DNA of 64,000 nt from Breoghania sp. (GTDB taxonomy: Bacteria > Pseudomonadota > Alphaproteobacteria > Rhizobiales > Stappiaceae): the NCBI GenBank assembly GCA_963678585.2, contig CAXXGA010000001.1, positions 518,228 to 582,227 of the forward strand, given 5' to 3'. The position numbers were made by a program, and so were the translations under genes. Under the pieces are notes generated by a model. It was given only the letters and a program-made list of their open reading frames with translations, was not told where the DNA came from and did no database searches. Each line of letters starts with the position of its first letter. Position 1 is the first letter of the stretch. Shown in pieces: positions 17,826 through 27,813 of the stretch.

Positions 17826-19259
17826 ATGACAACACAGAACGACGCGATGGCCCTTGCCGAGGCCATCGCGTCTTCACGTGTAAGCGCGCTTGAAGCCATG
17901 GAGGCATCCCTTCAGGCTGCGCGCGAGCACGCGGATCTCGGCGCAATCGACGTGCTCGTGCCCGAACTGGGCCTTGCCCGCGCAGACGCGCTGGAAGAGG
18001 AGCGTCACGACAATCCCGAACGATTTGCCGCCCGCCCCTTTGCAGGCGTCCCGACGCTCGCCAAGGATCTGGGCAGCCCCTTTGCCGGAATTCCCGGTGC
18101 CGCCGGTTCCAACGCACTGCGCGGCCTATCCGACGGAAGTGCGGATTCCGAGTTCGCACGGCGTGTGCGCGAGACGGGCCTCGTGCCCTTCGGCAACACG
18201 CTGGTGCCGGAATTCGGCATGTCCGTTTCCACCGAACCTCTGGGCCGTGCGCCGACGCGCAATCCGCTCGACCCCACCCGCACGGCGGGCGGCTCGTCCG
18301 GCGGATCCGCGAGCGCGGTCGCTTCCGGCATCGTCGCCATCGCGCACGCCACCGACGCCGGTGGCTCCATCCGAATTCCCGCCGCCTGTTGCGGCCTCAT
18401 CGGGCTGAAGCCCTCGCGCGGGGTCATGCCCGGCGCACCCGATTTCCGCAACCATCTGGGCGGGCTGGCGGCCGAGCTTGCCGTCTGCCGCTCCATCCGC
18501 GATGCGCGCCTTGCCTTCGATCATCTGGTGGGAGACGCCCGCGGCCCCGCACCGGAACCCGTGATCGAGCAGACCTGGAGCAGGTTCGCAAGCAACGAGC
18601 CGCGCACCATCGGGCTCATCACCGACTGCGGGCCTTATGCGATTTCCGCCGCGCGCGCCGATGCGGTCGCAAGCACGGCGGCGCTTCTGGAAGGCGCGGG
18701 CCATCGAATCGTCGATCTGCCCTTTACCCGGATCGCCGGGCTGGTGGAGACGGGCCGCAAGGCGTTCGACCGGATCATCTGCGCCTTCACGGCGGCCATG
18801 TTTGCACAAGGCACGCTCGATGAAGGCAAGATCGAGCCGCTGACCCGCGCCGCCCTTGCCCGCGGACGGGCCATGCCCGCGCATGAACTGTGGAGCGCGA
18901 TGCAAGAAGGCGTGCTTGCCGCCCATGCGATGTGGCAGATCTTCGACGAGGTCGATACTGTGCTCGCACCGATGCTGGCGGATGCACCGCCGCATCTCGG
19001 CGCCTTTCCGACAGATCACGACGACGTCCAAGCGCATTGGGACCGCATGACCGCTTTTGCCCCGCTCGCCTCTCTGGCCAACATCACCGGCGTGCCTGCG
19101 CTCAGCATGCCCGTGGGCGCAGATGGCGACGGGCTGCCGCTTCCCGTGCAACTCCTCGCCCCGATGGGAGCCGACCGCCGCCTTCTCTCGCTTGGCGCAA
19201 CGCTTGAGGCGCTCAGCCCGTGGACCCACCGCTTCCCCGTCGCGGGGCTTGCCTCATGA
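17826..19259 (+). CDS. Amidase-signature family hydrolase
   Basis: GVPTLAKDL (Lys), AGGSSGGSA (cis-Ser), ATDAGGSIRIPAACCGLIGLKPSRG (Ser), ANITGVPALSMP. Confidence 0.9.
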   Translation: MTTQNDAMALAEAIASSRVSALEAMEASLQAAREHADLGAIDVLVPELGLARADALEEERHDNPERFAARPFAGVPTLAKDLGSPFAGIPGAAGSNALRGLSDGSADSEFARRVRETGLVPFGNTLVPEFGMSVSTEPLGRAPTRNPLDPTRTAGGSSGGSASAVASGIVAIAHATDAGGSIRIPAACCGLIGLKPSRGVMPGAPDFRNHLGGLAAELAVCRSIRDARLAFDHLVGDARGPAPEPVIEQTWSRFASNEPRTIGLITDCGPYAISAARADAVASTAALLEGAGHRIVDLPFTRIAGLVETGRKAFDRIICAFTAAMFAQGTLDEGKIEPLTRAALARGRAMPAHELWSAMQEGVLAAHAMWQIFDEVDTVLAPMLADAPPHLGAFPTDHDDVQAHWDRMTAFAPLASLANITGVPALSMPVGADGDGLPLPVQLLAPMGADRRLLSLGATLEALSPWTHRFPVAGLAS

Positions 19260-20782
19260 GCGATACGCCCGTCCTGCGCCTTTCCAATATCTCCAAGACC
19301 TTCGGCACGACGGTGGCCAACGATGCCGTCTCCATCGATCTTGCCCATGGCGAGGTGCTGGCGCTTCTGGGTGAGAACGGAGCGGGCAAGACGACGCTGA
19401 TGTCGATCCTCTTCGGCCACTACACGCCCGATACGGGCACGGTGGAGGTGGAGGGTCGGGAGCTGCCGCCGGGCCGCCCGAGGGCTGCCATCGATGCGGG
19501 CGTCGGCATGGTTCACCAGCACTTCTCGCTGGCGCCGAACCTGACGGTTCTGGAAAACGTCATGACCGGAACGCAGAGCCTCGTAAAGCTGCGCTCCGAC
19601 ACGAAAACCGCGCGCGCGAAACTTGCCGAACTGGCCGACCGCTTCGGTCTCGCGGTCGATCCGGATGCGCGACTCGGCGACCTTTCCGTCGGCGAGCAGC
19701 AGCGCGTGGAAATTCTCAAGGCGCTCTATAACGACGCGAAGATCCTGATCCTCGACGAGCCGACCGCCGTGCTCACCAATGTGGAGGCCGAACGGCTTTT
19801 CGCCACCCTGCGGGAGATGGCGCGCCAGGGCCTGTCGCTGATCTTCATCTCGCACAAGCTGCACGAGGTGATCGCAGCCGCCGACCGCGTCGTCGTCCTG
19901 CGCGGCGGCAAGGTGGTGGCCGAGAGGCAGGCCTCTGAGACCACCAAGGACGAGCTGGCGGAACTGATGGTGGGCCGCCGCATCGCGCGGCCCAAGCGCG
20001 AGGCGGGCAAGCCCGGTGCGATGGTTCTGGAAGCCATCGGCGCATCGCTCACCGTTGATGACGTCGCCCGGCTGACCGACCTGAATTTCAAGCTCCATGC
20101 GGGCGAAACGCTCGGCATCATCGGCGTTTCCGGCAATGGGCAGGCCCAGCTCGCCCAGATGGTTTCCGGCCTCGCCACCCCCACCGAAGGCGAGCTGCGG
20201 CTCTTCGACGAGCCGATCACCGAGGGCGTGGCAGCCCTCGTTGAGGCCGGGGTCGGGCGCATTCCCGAAGACCGCAATTCCGAAGGGGCCATCGGCGAGA
20301 TGACCCTTTGGGAGAACGCGATCCTTGAGCGGGTCAGAAGCCCGCGGTTTTCGAAGAACGGCCTCGTCAACCGGCAAGCGGCGCGCGCCTTCGCCAATAC
20401 GATCATCGAGGAATTCGACGTGCGCGGCGGGGTGCCCGACCGACGCACGCGGCTTCTTTCCGGCGGCAACATGCAAAAGCTCATCCTCGGGCGGAACCTG
20501 CACGATGCGCCGAAGCTGCTCATCGCCGCCCAACCCACGCGCGGGTTGGATGAAGGCGCGATTGCCGCCGTCCATACCCGAATTCTGGAAGCACGCAACA
20601 ATGGCGCAGCGGTTCTGCTGATCTCGGAGGATCTGGAAGAGGTGATCAATCTGGCCGACCGCATCCAGGCCATCGTCAAGGGACGGCTTTCCCCGCCGCT
20701 TGCAGCCGAAGAAGCGGATGCGCGCAAGCTCGGCCTGATGATGGCGGGCGACTGGAGCAAGGAGGTCGTCCATGCGTCTTGA
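19256..20782 (+). CDS. Nucleoside/simple-sugar ABC transporter ATP-binding protein (two ABC domains)
   Basis: LLGENGAGKTT, LSVGEQQRVEILK, ILDEPTAVL, LSGGNMQK, AQPTRGLD. Confidence 0.92.
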   Translation: MSDTPVLRLSNISKTFGTTVANDAVSIDLAHGEVLALLGENGAGKTTLMSILFGHYTPDTGTVEVEGRELPPGRPRAAIDAGVGMVHQHFSLAPNLTVLENVMTGTQSLVKLRSDTKTARAKLAELADRFGLAVDPDARLGDLSVGEQQRVEILKALYNDAKILILDEPTAVLTNVEAERLFATLREMARQGLSLIFISHKLHEVIAAADRVVVLRGGKVVAERQASETTKDELAELMVGRRIARPKREAGKPGAMVLEAIGASLTVDDVARLTDLNFKLHAGETLGIIGVSGNGQAQLAQMVSGLATPTEGELRLFDEPITEGVAALVEAGVGRIPEDRNSEGAIGEMTLWENAILERVRSPRFSKNGLVNRQAARAFANTIIEEFDVRGGVPDRRTRLLSGGNMQKLILGRNLHDAPKLLIAAQPTRGLDEGAIAAVHTRILEARNNGAAVLLISEDLEEVINLADRIQAIVKGRLSPPLAAEEADARKLGLMMAGDWSKEVVHAS

Positions 20783-21821
20783 ACGCCGCGCCCACAGGCC
20801 GTTCGGGCTGGTCGTCGCCTCGCCGATCATCGCCATCTTCGCAGCGCTCGCCATTTCCGGCGTGCTGATCGCGCTGGCAGGCGCGCCCGTTCTCGAAGCC
20901 TATTACCAGATCGGCGTCGGCTCCTTCGGTTCCCGCCTTGCCGCGACCGAAACCCTGACGCGGGCGACCCCGCTCATCTTCACCGGCCTCGCCGCCGCCG
21001 TCGCCTTCCGCGCGCAGGTCTGGAACATCGGCGCTGAAGGTCAGTTCTTCATCGGCGCAATTGCGGTCGCCGCCTTCGGCGCGGAACTCACCGCAGGCAT
21101 GCCGCCCGCGCTCGCCATCCCCGTGCTGATGCTGATCGGGGCGATTGCAGGTGCCTTCGTGCTGCTGGTACCGCTCGGCCTGCGCCTGCGTTTCGGCGTC
21201 GACGAGGTGGTGACCACGCTGCTTTTGAATTTCGTGGCCGTGCTCTTCGTCTCCATGATGATCGAGGGCCCGCTGAAAGACCCGCTCGCCTTCGGCTGGC
21301 CGCAGTCCGTTCCGGTCGCCGACAATGCGCTCCTGCCGAAGATCATCGCGCGCACGCGTCTGCACATAGGATTGATTGTCGCCATCGTCATCGCCGTCAT
21401 CGTCTATGCGGTTCAGGCGCGCACGGTCTTCGGGCTTCAGTCCAAGGCCGCGGGCCTCAGCCCAAGGGCCGCGCGATTTGCGGGCGTGCCGCTGGCGTCC
21501 ACGCTCATCAAGGTCGCGTGTCTTTCCGGCGGGCTTGCGGGCCTTGCGGGCGCGGTGGAGGTGATGGGCGTGAAAGGCTATGTCACGACCGACCTTTCGC
21601 CCGGTTTCGGCTATTCCGGCATCATCGTTGCCATGCTCGCCAACCTGCACCCGGTGGGCGTGGTGGCCGCCGCCATCTTCACCGCGGCGATGTTCGTGGG
21701 CGCTGACGGCATGAGCCGGGCCATCGGCATTCCCAGCTACATCGCTGACGTGACGGTCGCGCTTTCGCTGCTGACCATGCTGGTCGCGATCTTCTTCACG
21801 CAGTACAGGATCCGCAAATAA
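20772..21821 (+). CDS. Nucleoside ABC transporter permease
   Basis: TPLIFTGLA.AVAFRA..WNIGAEGQ, GVDEVVTTLLLN, GFGYSGIIVAMLA.LHP. Confidence 0.9.
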   Translation: MRLERRAHRPFGLVVASPIIAIFAALAISGVLIALAGAPVLEAYYQIGVGSFGSRLAATETLTRATPLIFTGLAAAVAFRAQVWNIGAEGQFFIGAIAVAAFGAELTAGMPPALAIPVLMLIGAIAGAFVLLVPLGLRLRFGVDEVVTTLLLNFVAVLFVSMMIEGPLKDPLAFGWPQSVPVADNALLPKIIARTRLHIGLIVAIVIAVIVYAVQARTVFGLQSKAAGLSPRAARFAGVPLASTLIKVACLSGGLAGLAGAVEVMGVKGYVTTDLSPGFGYSGIIVAMLANLHPVGVVAAAIFTAAMFVGADGMSRAIGIPSYIADVTVALSLLTMLVAIFFTQYRIRK

Positions 21822-22762
21822 TGGAGATCCTCGAAATCTTCGCCTCCGCCGGTCTGTGGGCTGCCGTGCTGCGCATCGCAACCCCGCTGATCTTCGGCAC
21901 GCTGGGCGCGCTGCTCTGCGAACGCTCCGGCGTCCTCAATCTCGGGATCGAAGGCATCATGACCTTCGGCGCGATGATCGGCTGGCTCGCCGTCTTCAAC
22001 GGCGCGGATCTGTGGACCGGGCTGCTGGTCGCCGCCATTTTCGGCGCGGCCTTCGGCCTGCTTCATGCGGGCCTCACCGTCACGCTGGGCCTTTCCCAGC
22101 ATGTGACCGGCCTCGGCATCACGCTCTTTGCAAGTTCGCTGAGCTATTTCCTCTTCCGGCTGATCGTACCGGTGGCGGGCACGCCGCCGACAATCGAGCC
22201 CTTCCAGCCGATCGACATTCCGGGCTTGAGCGACCTGCCCTTCATCGGGCCGGCGCTCTTCACGCAGACAGCGCCGACCTATCTCGCCATCGCGCTGGCC
22301 GTCGTGCTGGCCTATGCGCTGTTCTTCACGCCGCTTGGGCTTGCGGTGCGCATGACGGGCGAGAACCCGCATGCGGCGGAAGCGCAGGGCGTCAATCCGA
22401 TCAAGGTGCGGTACGGCGCGATCATGCTGGGCAGTGCCTTGATGAGCGTCGGCGGCTCGTTCCTGACGCTTTCGGCCTTCAACTCCTTCTTCCCCACCAT
22501 GATCCAGGGCCGCGGCTGGGTGTGCATCGCGCTTGTGGTCTTCTCCTCGTGGAAGCCGAGCCGCGCGCTTCTCGGCGCGCTGCTCTTTGCGCTGTTCGAC
22601 GCTTATCAGCTTCGCCTGCAGACGGTCGTCGGCAAGGCGGTGCCCTATCAGCTCTTCCTGATGGTGCCCTACGTGATGTCGATTGTCGCTCTGGTGGTGA
22701 TGGCACGGCGCGCACGCGTGCCTCAGGCGCTGATGCAAGCCTATCGGCGCGGCGAGCGGTAA
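21821..22762 (+). CDS. Nucleoside ABC transporter permease
   Basis: ERSGVLNLGIEG, GLAVRMTGENP.AA, GRGWVCIALV, PQALM. Confidence 0.9.
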   Translation: MEILEIFASAGLWAAVLRIATPLIFGTLGALLCERSGVLNLGIEGIMTFGAMIGWLAVFNGADLWTGLLVAAIFGAAFGLLHAGLTVTLGLSQHVTGLGITLFASSLSYFLFRLIVPVAGTPPTIEPFQPIDIPGLSDLPFIGPALFTQTAPTYLAIALAVVLAYALFFTPLGLAVRMTGENPHAAEAQGVNPIKVRYGAIMLGSALMSVGGSFLTLSAFNSFFPTMIQGRGWVCIALVVFSSWKPSRALLGALLFALFDAYQLRLQTVVGKAVPYQLFLMVPYVMSIVALVVMARRARVPQALMQAYRRGER

Positions 22763-22796
22763 GACGCAATGCTGCCCGGGCGATTACAGCCGGGCG

Positions 22797-23237
22797 TCAC
22801 TCGATCCAGCTAAGCTTGAATTGCGGACCGCCCTCGCCCCCGCATTCCATCATCGGATCGCACGCAGCCTCGGCCACGGCAGCGGCTTGAAGCTTGCTGG
22901 CCCGGCAGTCCTTGTCCTCGCTGCAGAGCGCGCTTTCGGTTTCCCGCGCCTCGACCTTGCGGGCCTCCAGCAGGGCATACCAGTCGCCGCTGTTCCTGAC
23001 GCCGGCCTCAAGGGCCGCGCTCTGGTCTTCCGCCGACCTGAACCCGATGCTGCCATCGGCAATGACGGCGAATATGTGCCAGCATGCAAACCCGGCAACC
23101 AGAGCGGTCACCGAAAACAGCTGAACACGCCCGCCGTCCCCGTGTCGCAATGGCACCAAACGCGACAGACCGACCACGAGCAGCCCGCAAGCGCCCGCAA
23201 TCATTCCCAGCAAGGACAAAATCTGAAGACCAACCAT
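22797..23237 (-). CDS. Hypothetical membrane-anchored protein
   Basis: 146-aa ORF filling the gap; two N-terminal hydrophobic segments and a C-terminal region with four Cys; no family recognised. Confidence 0.5.
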   Translation of the reverse strand: MVGLQILSLLGMIAGACGLLVVGLSRLVPLRHGDGGRVQLFSVTALVAGFACWHIFAVIADGSIGFRSAEDQSAALEAGVRNSGDWYALLEARKVEARETESALCSEDKDCRASKLQAAAVAEAACDPMMECGGEGGPQFKLSWIE

Positions 23238-23621
23238 CGCGCCTCCTCCCTACGCGGCTATGGCTACGTCCTTTATGGGATTTAAACCGCACACCAACTA
23301 CCGCAAGGGCAACTGGCGGACTTTTTAGGCAAGATTCACCTATATGATTAGATTTTCGAGGCCTGTCAGGACGTCAATGCATCCTTGAGCGAGCTGGCTG
23401 CATCCCGCTGCGCCTGCAGGTTGAGTGCGCAATGCCGGCCCGCGACGTGGCTGCGCATGGCAGGAAGGGCTTGCTTGCGTTGCAGCGGCAGCCTCTCGCT
23501 CCATCCCCCAAGCGTCGGAGCCTTTTCCGGCCAATTGGTCATTTGACGCAAGGGCAGGTTGCTCTACAGTCGGATGACCGCCAAAGGCTCGGGAGAAGTC
23601 GGCGGATCAGGGGAGGTATTC

Positions 23622-24392
23622 ATGGATCTTGGGGAACGGCTTCAAGGCCGCCGCATTCTCATCACCGGTGCATCGAGCGGACTCGGCGCGCATTTCGCCC
23701 GGCTTTGCGCGCAAAACGGCGCGCGCGTGGCCATCGCAGCCCGGCGCGCCGACCGGCTTCAGGCCCTGATCGGGGAACTCAGGGAGGCAGGTGCGGAGGA
23801 TGCCGTTTCCCTGCCGCTGGACGTCTCCGACGAGGTCGCGGTCAAGGCCTGCCTGCGCGATGCCGCCGATGCGTTGGGCGGGCTCGACACGCTCGTCAAC
23901 AACGCGGGCATGGCGAGCGAAGGACTCTCCCTCGATCATTCCATCGAGGATTTCGACGCCGTTCTCTCCGTCAACCTGCGCGGCGTCTGGCTGATGGCGA
24001 CGGAGGCGGGCCGCCACTGGCGCGAGACGGCGACGCCGGGTGCGATCATCAACATCGCCTCGGTACTGGGGATCAGGGTTGCGCCGGGCGTTGCCCCTTA
24101 CGCGATTTCCAAGGCGGGCGTCGTGCAACTCACCAAGGCGATGGCGCTGGAGCTTGCGCGCTTCAACATTCGCGTCAACGCGATTGCGCCGGGCTACTTC
24201 TCCACCGAGATCAACGAGGGTTTCTTCGAAACCGCGCAGGGGCAAGCGATGCTGAAGCGCATCCCCATGCGCCGGACCGGCGAAATGCAGGAACTCGACG
24301 CGCCTTTCCTGCTTCTGGCCAGCGACGCTTCCTCCTTCATGACCGGGGCCATCATCCCCGTCGACGGCGGGCATCTCGTCAACTCGCTCTGA
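23622..24392 (+). CDS. Short-chain dehydrogenase/reductase
   Basis: TGASSGLG, LVNNAG, NIAS, YAISK (YxxxK), RVNAIAPG; SD GGAGG before ATG 23622. Confidence 0.92.
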   Translation: MDLGERLQGRRILITGASSGLGAHFARLCAQNGARVAIAARRADRLQALIGELREAGAEDAVSLPLDVSDEVAVKACLRDAADALGGLDTLVNNAGMASEGLSLDHSIEDFDAVLSVNLRGVWLMATEAGRHWRETATPGAIINIASVLGIRVAPGVAPYAISKAGVVQLTKAMALELARFNIRVNAIAPGYFSTEINEGFFETAQGQAMLKRIPMRRTGEMQELDAPFLLLASDASSFMTGAIIPVDGGHLVNSL

Positions 24393-24416
24393 TCTCGCTT
24401 TCAAGGAAACCGACCG

Positions 24417-25622
24417 ATGGATTTCACACTCGATCCCCGTCAGGAGGCCTATCGCCAGCGCGCGCGCGCCTTCGTCGCCAAGCATCTGTTGCCGCTGGAG
24501 GCCGATCCCGCGACCTTCAACGAGTACGAGAACATTCACCTCGCCTTGCGCGACGCGTTGCGCGGCGAGGCGAAGGCCGCCGGACTGTGGGCCCCGCAGA
24601 TGCCGAAATCGCGGGGCGGCCTCGGCCTGTCGATGGTCGGTCAGGCCGCCTTCTACGAAGAGGCCAACCGCTGCATCTTCGGCCCCTCCATCTTCAATTG
24701 CGCAGCCCCCGACGACGGCAACATGCGGGTTCTGGAGATGGTGGCGAGCGAGGAGCAGAAGGCGCGCTGGCTCCAGCCCATCGTGGACGGCGAGGTCAAT
24801 TCCTCCTTCGTCATGACAGAGCCGCATCCGGGCGGAGGATCGGATCCCGGCATGATCCAGACGCGCGCGGAACGTCACGGCGACATGTGGAGGATCTATG
24901 GCCGCAAGTGGTTCATTTCTGGCGCGGCCGTCGCCAAGCACTTCATCCTGATCGCGCGCACAGATCCGGATCCCGCCAACACCCGCAAACACCTGACCGC
25001 CTTCCTCTTTCACCGCGACGCGTTGAGCTGGCAGATCATCCGGCGAATCGAGAACATGGGGCCGGACGAGCACGGCGGGGTGTGCGAGCTTGAATTCGAC
25101 GGGCTGGAGATCCCCGACAGCGACCGGCTGATGGAGGTGGGCGACGGGCTGAAGGTCACCCAGATCCGCCTCGGCCCCGCCCGTCTCACCCATTGCATGC
25201 GCTGGCTGGGGCTTTCCAAGCGGGCGATGGAAATCGCGCAGGACTACGTTTCCACCCGCGAGAGCTTCGGCGTCCGGCTGGCGGATCGGGAATCGGTCGG
25301 GCTGATGCTCGGCGAGGTCGCCCACGACATCCAGGTCGGGCGACTTCTCGTCATGCATGCGGCGTGGAAGCTCGATCAGGGCGACCGCGCACGCAAGGAG
25401 GTTTCAAGCGCCAAGATCCACGTGGCCGACACGCTGCACAAGGCTGTGGACACGGCCATCCAGCTCAACGGCGCACGCGGCTATTCAAAGGATACGGTGC
25501 TGGAATGGATCTACCGCTATGCCCGCTGCGCCCGTCTCGTCGACGGGGCCTCGGAGGTGCACAAGATGGTGTTGTCGCGCTTCTACGGGCAGGAAGGCGA
25601 TGACTACTGGCAGTGGGGCTAA
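24417..25622 (+). CDS. Acyl-CoA dehydrogenase (ACAD10/11- or LvaC-like subgroup)
   Basis: FNCAAPDDGNM, MTEP, GRKWFISGA, RLGPARLTHCMR, DGASEVHK. Confidence 0.88.
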   Translation: MDFTLDPRQEAYRQRARAFVAKHLLPLEADPATFNEYENIHLALRDALRGEAKAAGLWAPQMPKSRGGLGLSMVGQAAFYEEANRCIFGPSIFNCAAPDDGNMRVLEMVASEEQKARWLQPIVDGEVNSSFVMTEPHPGGGSDPGMIQTRAERHGDMWRIYGRKWFISGAAVAKHFILIARTDPDPANTRKHLTAFLFHRDALSWQIIRRIENMGPDEHGGVCELEFDGLEIPDSDRLMEVGDGLKVTQIRLGPARLTHCMRWLGLSKRAMEIAQDYVSTRESFGVRLADRESVGLMLGEVAHDIQVGRLLVMHAAWKLDQGDRARKEVSSAKIHVADTLHKAVDTAIQLNGARGYSKDTVLEWIYRYARCARLVDGASEVHKMVLSRFYGQEGDDYWQWG

Positions 25623-25638
25623 ACGATGATTAGCCGCC

Positions 25639-26796
25639 TCAAGAAGAGGCGGGCGGCGCGGATGCGGCCCGCCATTCCTGCCGGACGTCGGCGTCGCTTT
25701 CCGACGCTTCATGCGAATTCCTTAGCCGGGTAAATTCCGGCTGTTCGAGTAGCCGCGACAATGCCCAGACCGCCGCGCCGCGCACCTCTGATGAGGGATC
25801 GTCGAGGAGAGCTTTCGCCCTTTTCGCCAGCTCCGTATCGCCGGAATTTCCGACCGCCACGAGCACGTTGCGGATGAAACGATCCCGTCCGATGCGCTTG
25901 ACCGGCGAGCCGGAAAACAGTTCCCGGAAGGCGGCGTCATCCAGCGTCACCAGATCGTCCAGCGCCGGGGCCTGAAGATCGAGCCGGGCCTTCAGCTTCG
26001 CCTCGCTCGCGCTTTCGGCGAATTTGTTCCACGGACAGACCGCAAGACAATCGTCGCAGCCGTAGATGCGGTTGCCGATGGCGGTTCGGAACTCGCGCGG
26101 GATCGGGCCCTTGTGTTCGATGGTCAGATAGGAGATGCAGCGCCCCGCATCGAGCCTGTAGGGGCCTGGGAACGCCTTGGTGGGGCAGATGTCGAGACAG
26201 GCCCGGCAGGAACCGCAATGGTCGCGCTCGGGCTCGTCGGCCGGCAGGTCCAGCGTGGTGAAGATCGAGCCCAGAAAGAGCCAGGAGCCGAAATCCTTCG
26301 AGACCAGATTGGTGTGCTTGCCCTGCCAGCCGAGCCCGCTGGCGGCCGCAAGGGGCTTTTCCATGACGGGAGCGGTATCGACGAAGACCTTCAGATCCGC
26401 GCCGTCATCCGGCAATTCGGTCCTCTCGCGCGCGGCGGCAAGGATCTGGCTTGCCAGAGTCTTCAGCTTGCCCTTGATGATGTCGTGATAATCGCGGTGG
26501 CGGGCATAGACGGAGATCGAGCCGGTTTCCGCATTGTCGAGATTTTCCAGCGGATCGTGCTCGGGTCCGTAGTTCATGCCGAGCATGATGATGGAGCGCA
26601 CATCGGGCCAGAGCGAGCGCGGCGCGGCGCGGCGTTCCGCCGTCTCCTCCATCCATGTCATGGTGGCGTGGTGACCGTCGTTCAGGAAACGCGCCAGCCG
26701 TTCCGGGGCATGGGGGATCGCATCGGCATGCGTGATGCGGCAAACATCGAAGCCAAGCGCTTCGGCCCGATCGGAAATGACCGCCTTCAGCCGCAC
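25639..26796 (-). CDS. queG: Epoxyqueuosine reductase
   Basis: ISVYA..RDYH, VDTAPVMEK.LA..SGLGWQGK, CGSCRACLDICPT, CISYLTIE, GCDDCLAVCPWN. Confidence 0.95.
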   Translation of the reverse strand: MRLKAVISDRAEALGFDVCRITHADAIPHAPERLARFLNDGHHATMTWMEETAERRAAPRSLWPDVRSIIMLGMNYGPEHDPLENLDNAETGSISVYARHRDYHDIIKGKLKTLASQILAAARERTELPDDGADLKVFVDTAPVMEKPLAAASGLGWQGKHTNLVSKDFGSWLFLGSIFTTLDLPADEPERDHCGSCRACLDICPTKAFPGPYRLDAGRCISYLTIEHKGPIPREFRTAIGNRIYGCDDCLAVCPWNKFAESASEAKLKARLDLQAPALDDLVTLDDAAFRELFSGSPVKRIGRDRFIRNVLVAVGNSGDTELAKRAKALLDDPSSEVRGAAVWALSRLLEQPEFTRLRNSHEASESDADVRQEWRAASAPPASS

Positions 26797-26860
26797 GCCG
26801 CATTTTCCCCCGTGTAAAAACCCAAGATCACCGCCTCGTCCCGCATGCTTTCCAGCCCGC

Positions 26861-27553
26861 TCAAAAGTCGAGATCGGCGTAGCTTTTCGCAGGGCGCATG
26901 CCCGGGATCGTCTCGCCCAGCAGGGAGCGGAAGCTCGGGCGCGACTTCACGCGAGCGTACCACGCCTTGGCATGCTCGTCCTCGTCCCACGGTACCTCGC
27001 CCAGATAGTCGGCGCAGGAAAGCTCGGCTGCTGCCGCGATATCCGCAAAGCTGATCCGGTCGCCGCCGAGCCAGCGCCGGGAGGCCGCCAGATAGCCGAT
27101 ATAGCGCATGTGGTGGCGGATATTGTTACGCGCGGCGCGCAGCACCGCCGAATCGGGCTCGCCGCCGCCCGCCGATTTCGGCATTTCCAGCTTGTAGATC
27201 TTCTCGCGCACGAAATGGCCGATCACGTCCTGATCGAACTTGCCGAGGAACCACTCCACCAGACGGCGCACTTCCGCGCGGCGCTCGGCGTTGTCCGGCA
27301 TGAGGCGCTTGTCGGGGATCATGTAGCCGCGCGTCTCGTCGAGATATTCCATGATCACGCCGGCGCCGCACACGGGCGTGCCTTCGTTCTCCACCGCCAC
27401 GGGCACGGTGCCCGCCGGATTGATCAGCAGGAACTCGCGGCGGCGTTGCCAGGGGTATTCGAGATAGGATTCAAAGTTCACCCCATATTCGTGCAATGCC
27501 AGCCGGACGAAGCGCGAGGCGGGCGAAAAGGGATGGTGATACAGGATCAGCAT
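26861..27553 (-). CDS. Glutathione S-transferase-family protein
   Basis: LYHHPFSPASRFVRL.L.E, INPAGTVPV, SFADIAAAAELS..DY, WYARVKSRPSFR. Confidence 0.88.
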   Translation of the reverse strand: MLILYHHPFSPASRFVRLALHEYGVNFESYLEYPWQRRREFLLINPAGTVPVAVENEGTPVCGAGVIMEYLDETRGYMIPDKRLMPDNAERRAEVRRLVEWFLGKFDQDVIGHFVREKIYKLEMPKSAGGGEPDSAVLRAARNNIRHHMRYIGYLAASRRWLGGDRISFADIAAAAELSCADYLGEVPWDEDEHAKAWYARVKSRPSFRSLLGETIPGMRPAKSYADLDF

Positions 27554-27813
27554 TCGTGGTTCATATACTCATCACACGGCCTGTCGGGTTGCGGGCGCAA
27601 AACCTTTGCGCCAAAACCCGGAAACCGGAAAACGGACCTTGCCGACAACCAATGGTCGCCTGAATGATCGAAAAGACCCATAACTGACGTCGGCAGGTGA
27701 CGCCAGAATCATTGCACGAGCCTTTCCAATGCACGAGTCTCGCCCCCGGCCCCGCACTTTGTATCGCTAAGCCCTACCCGGCTTTTGCCAAATCATCAAC
27801 GGACCGCATTGAC

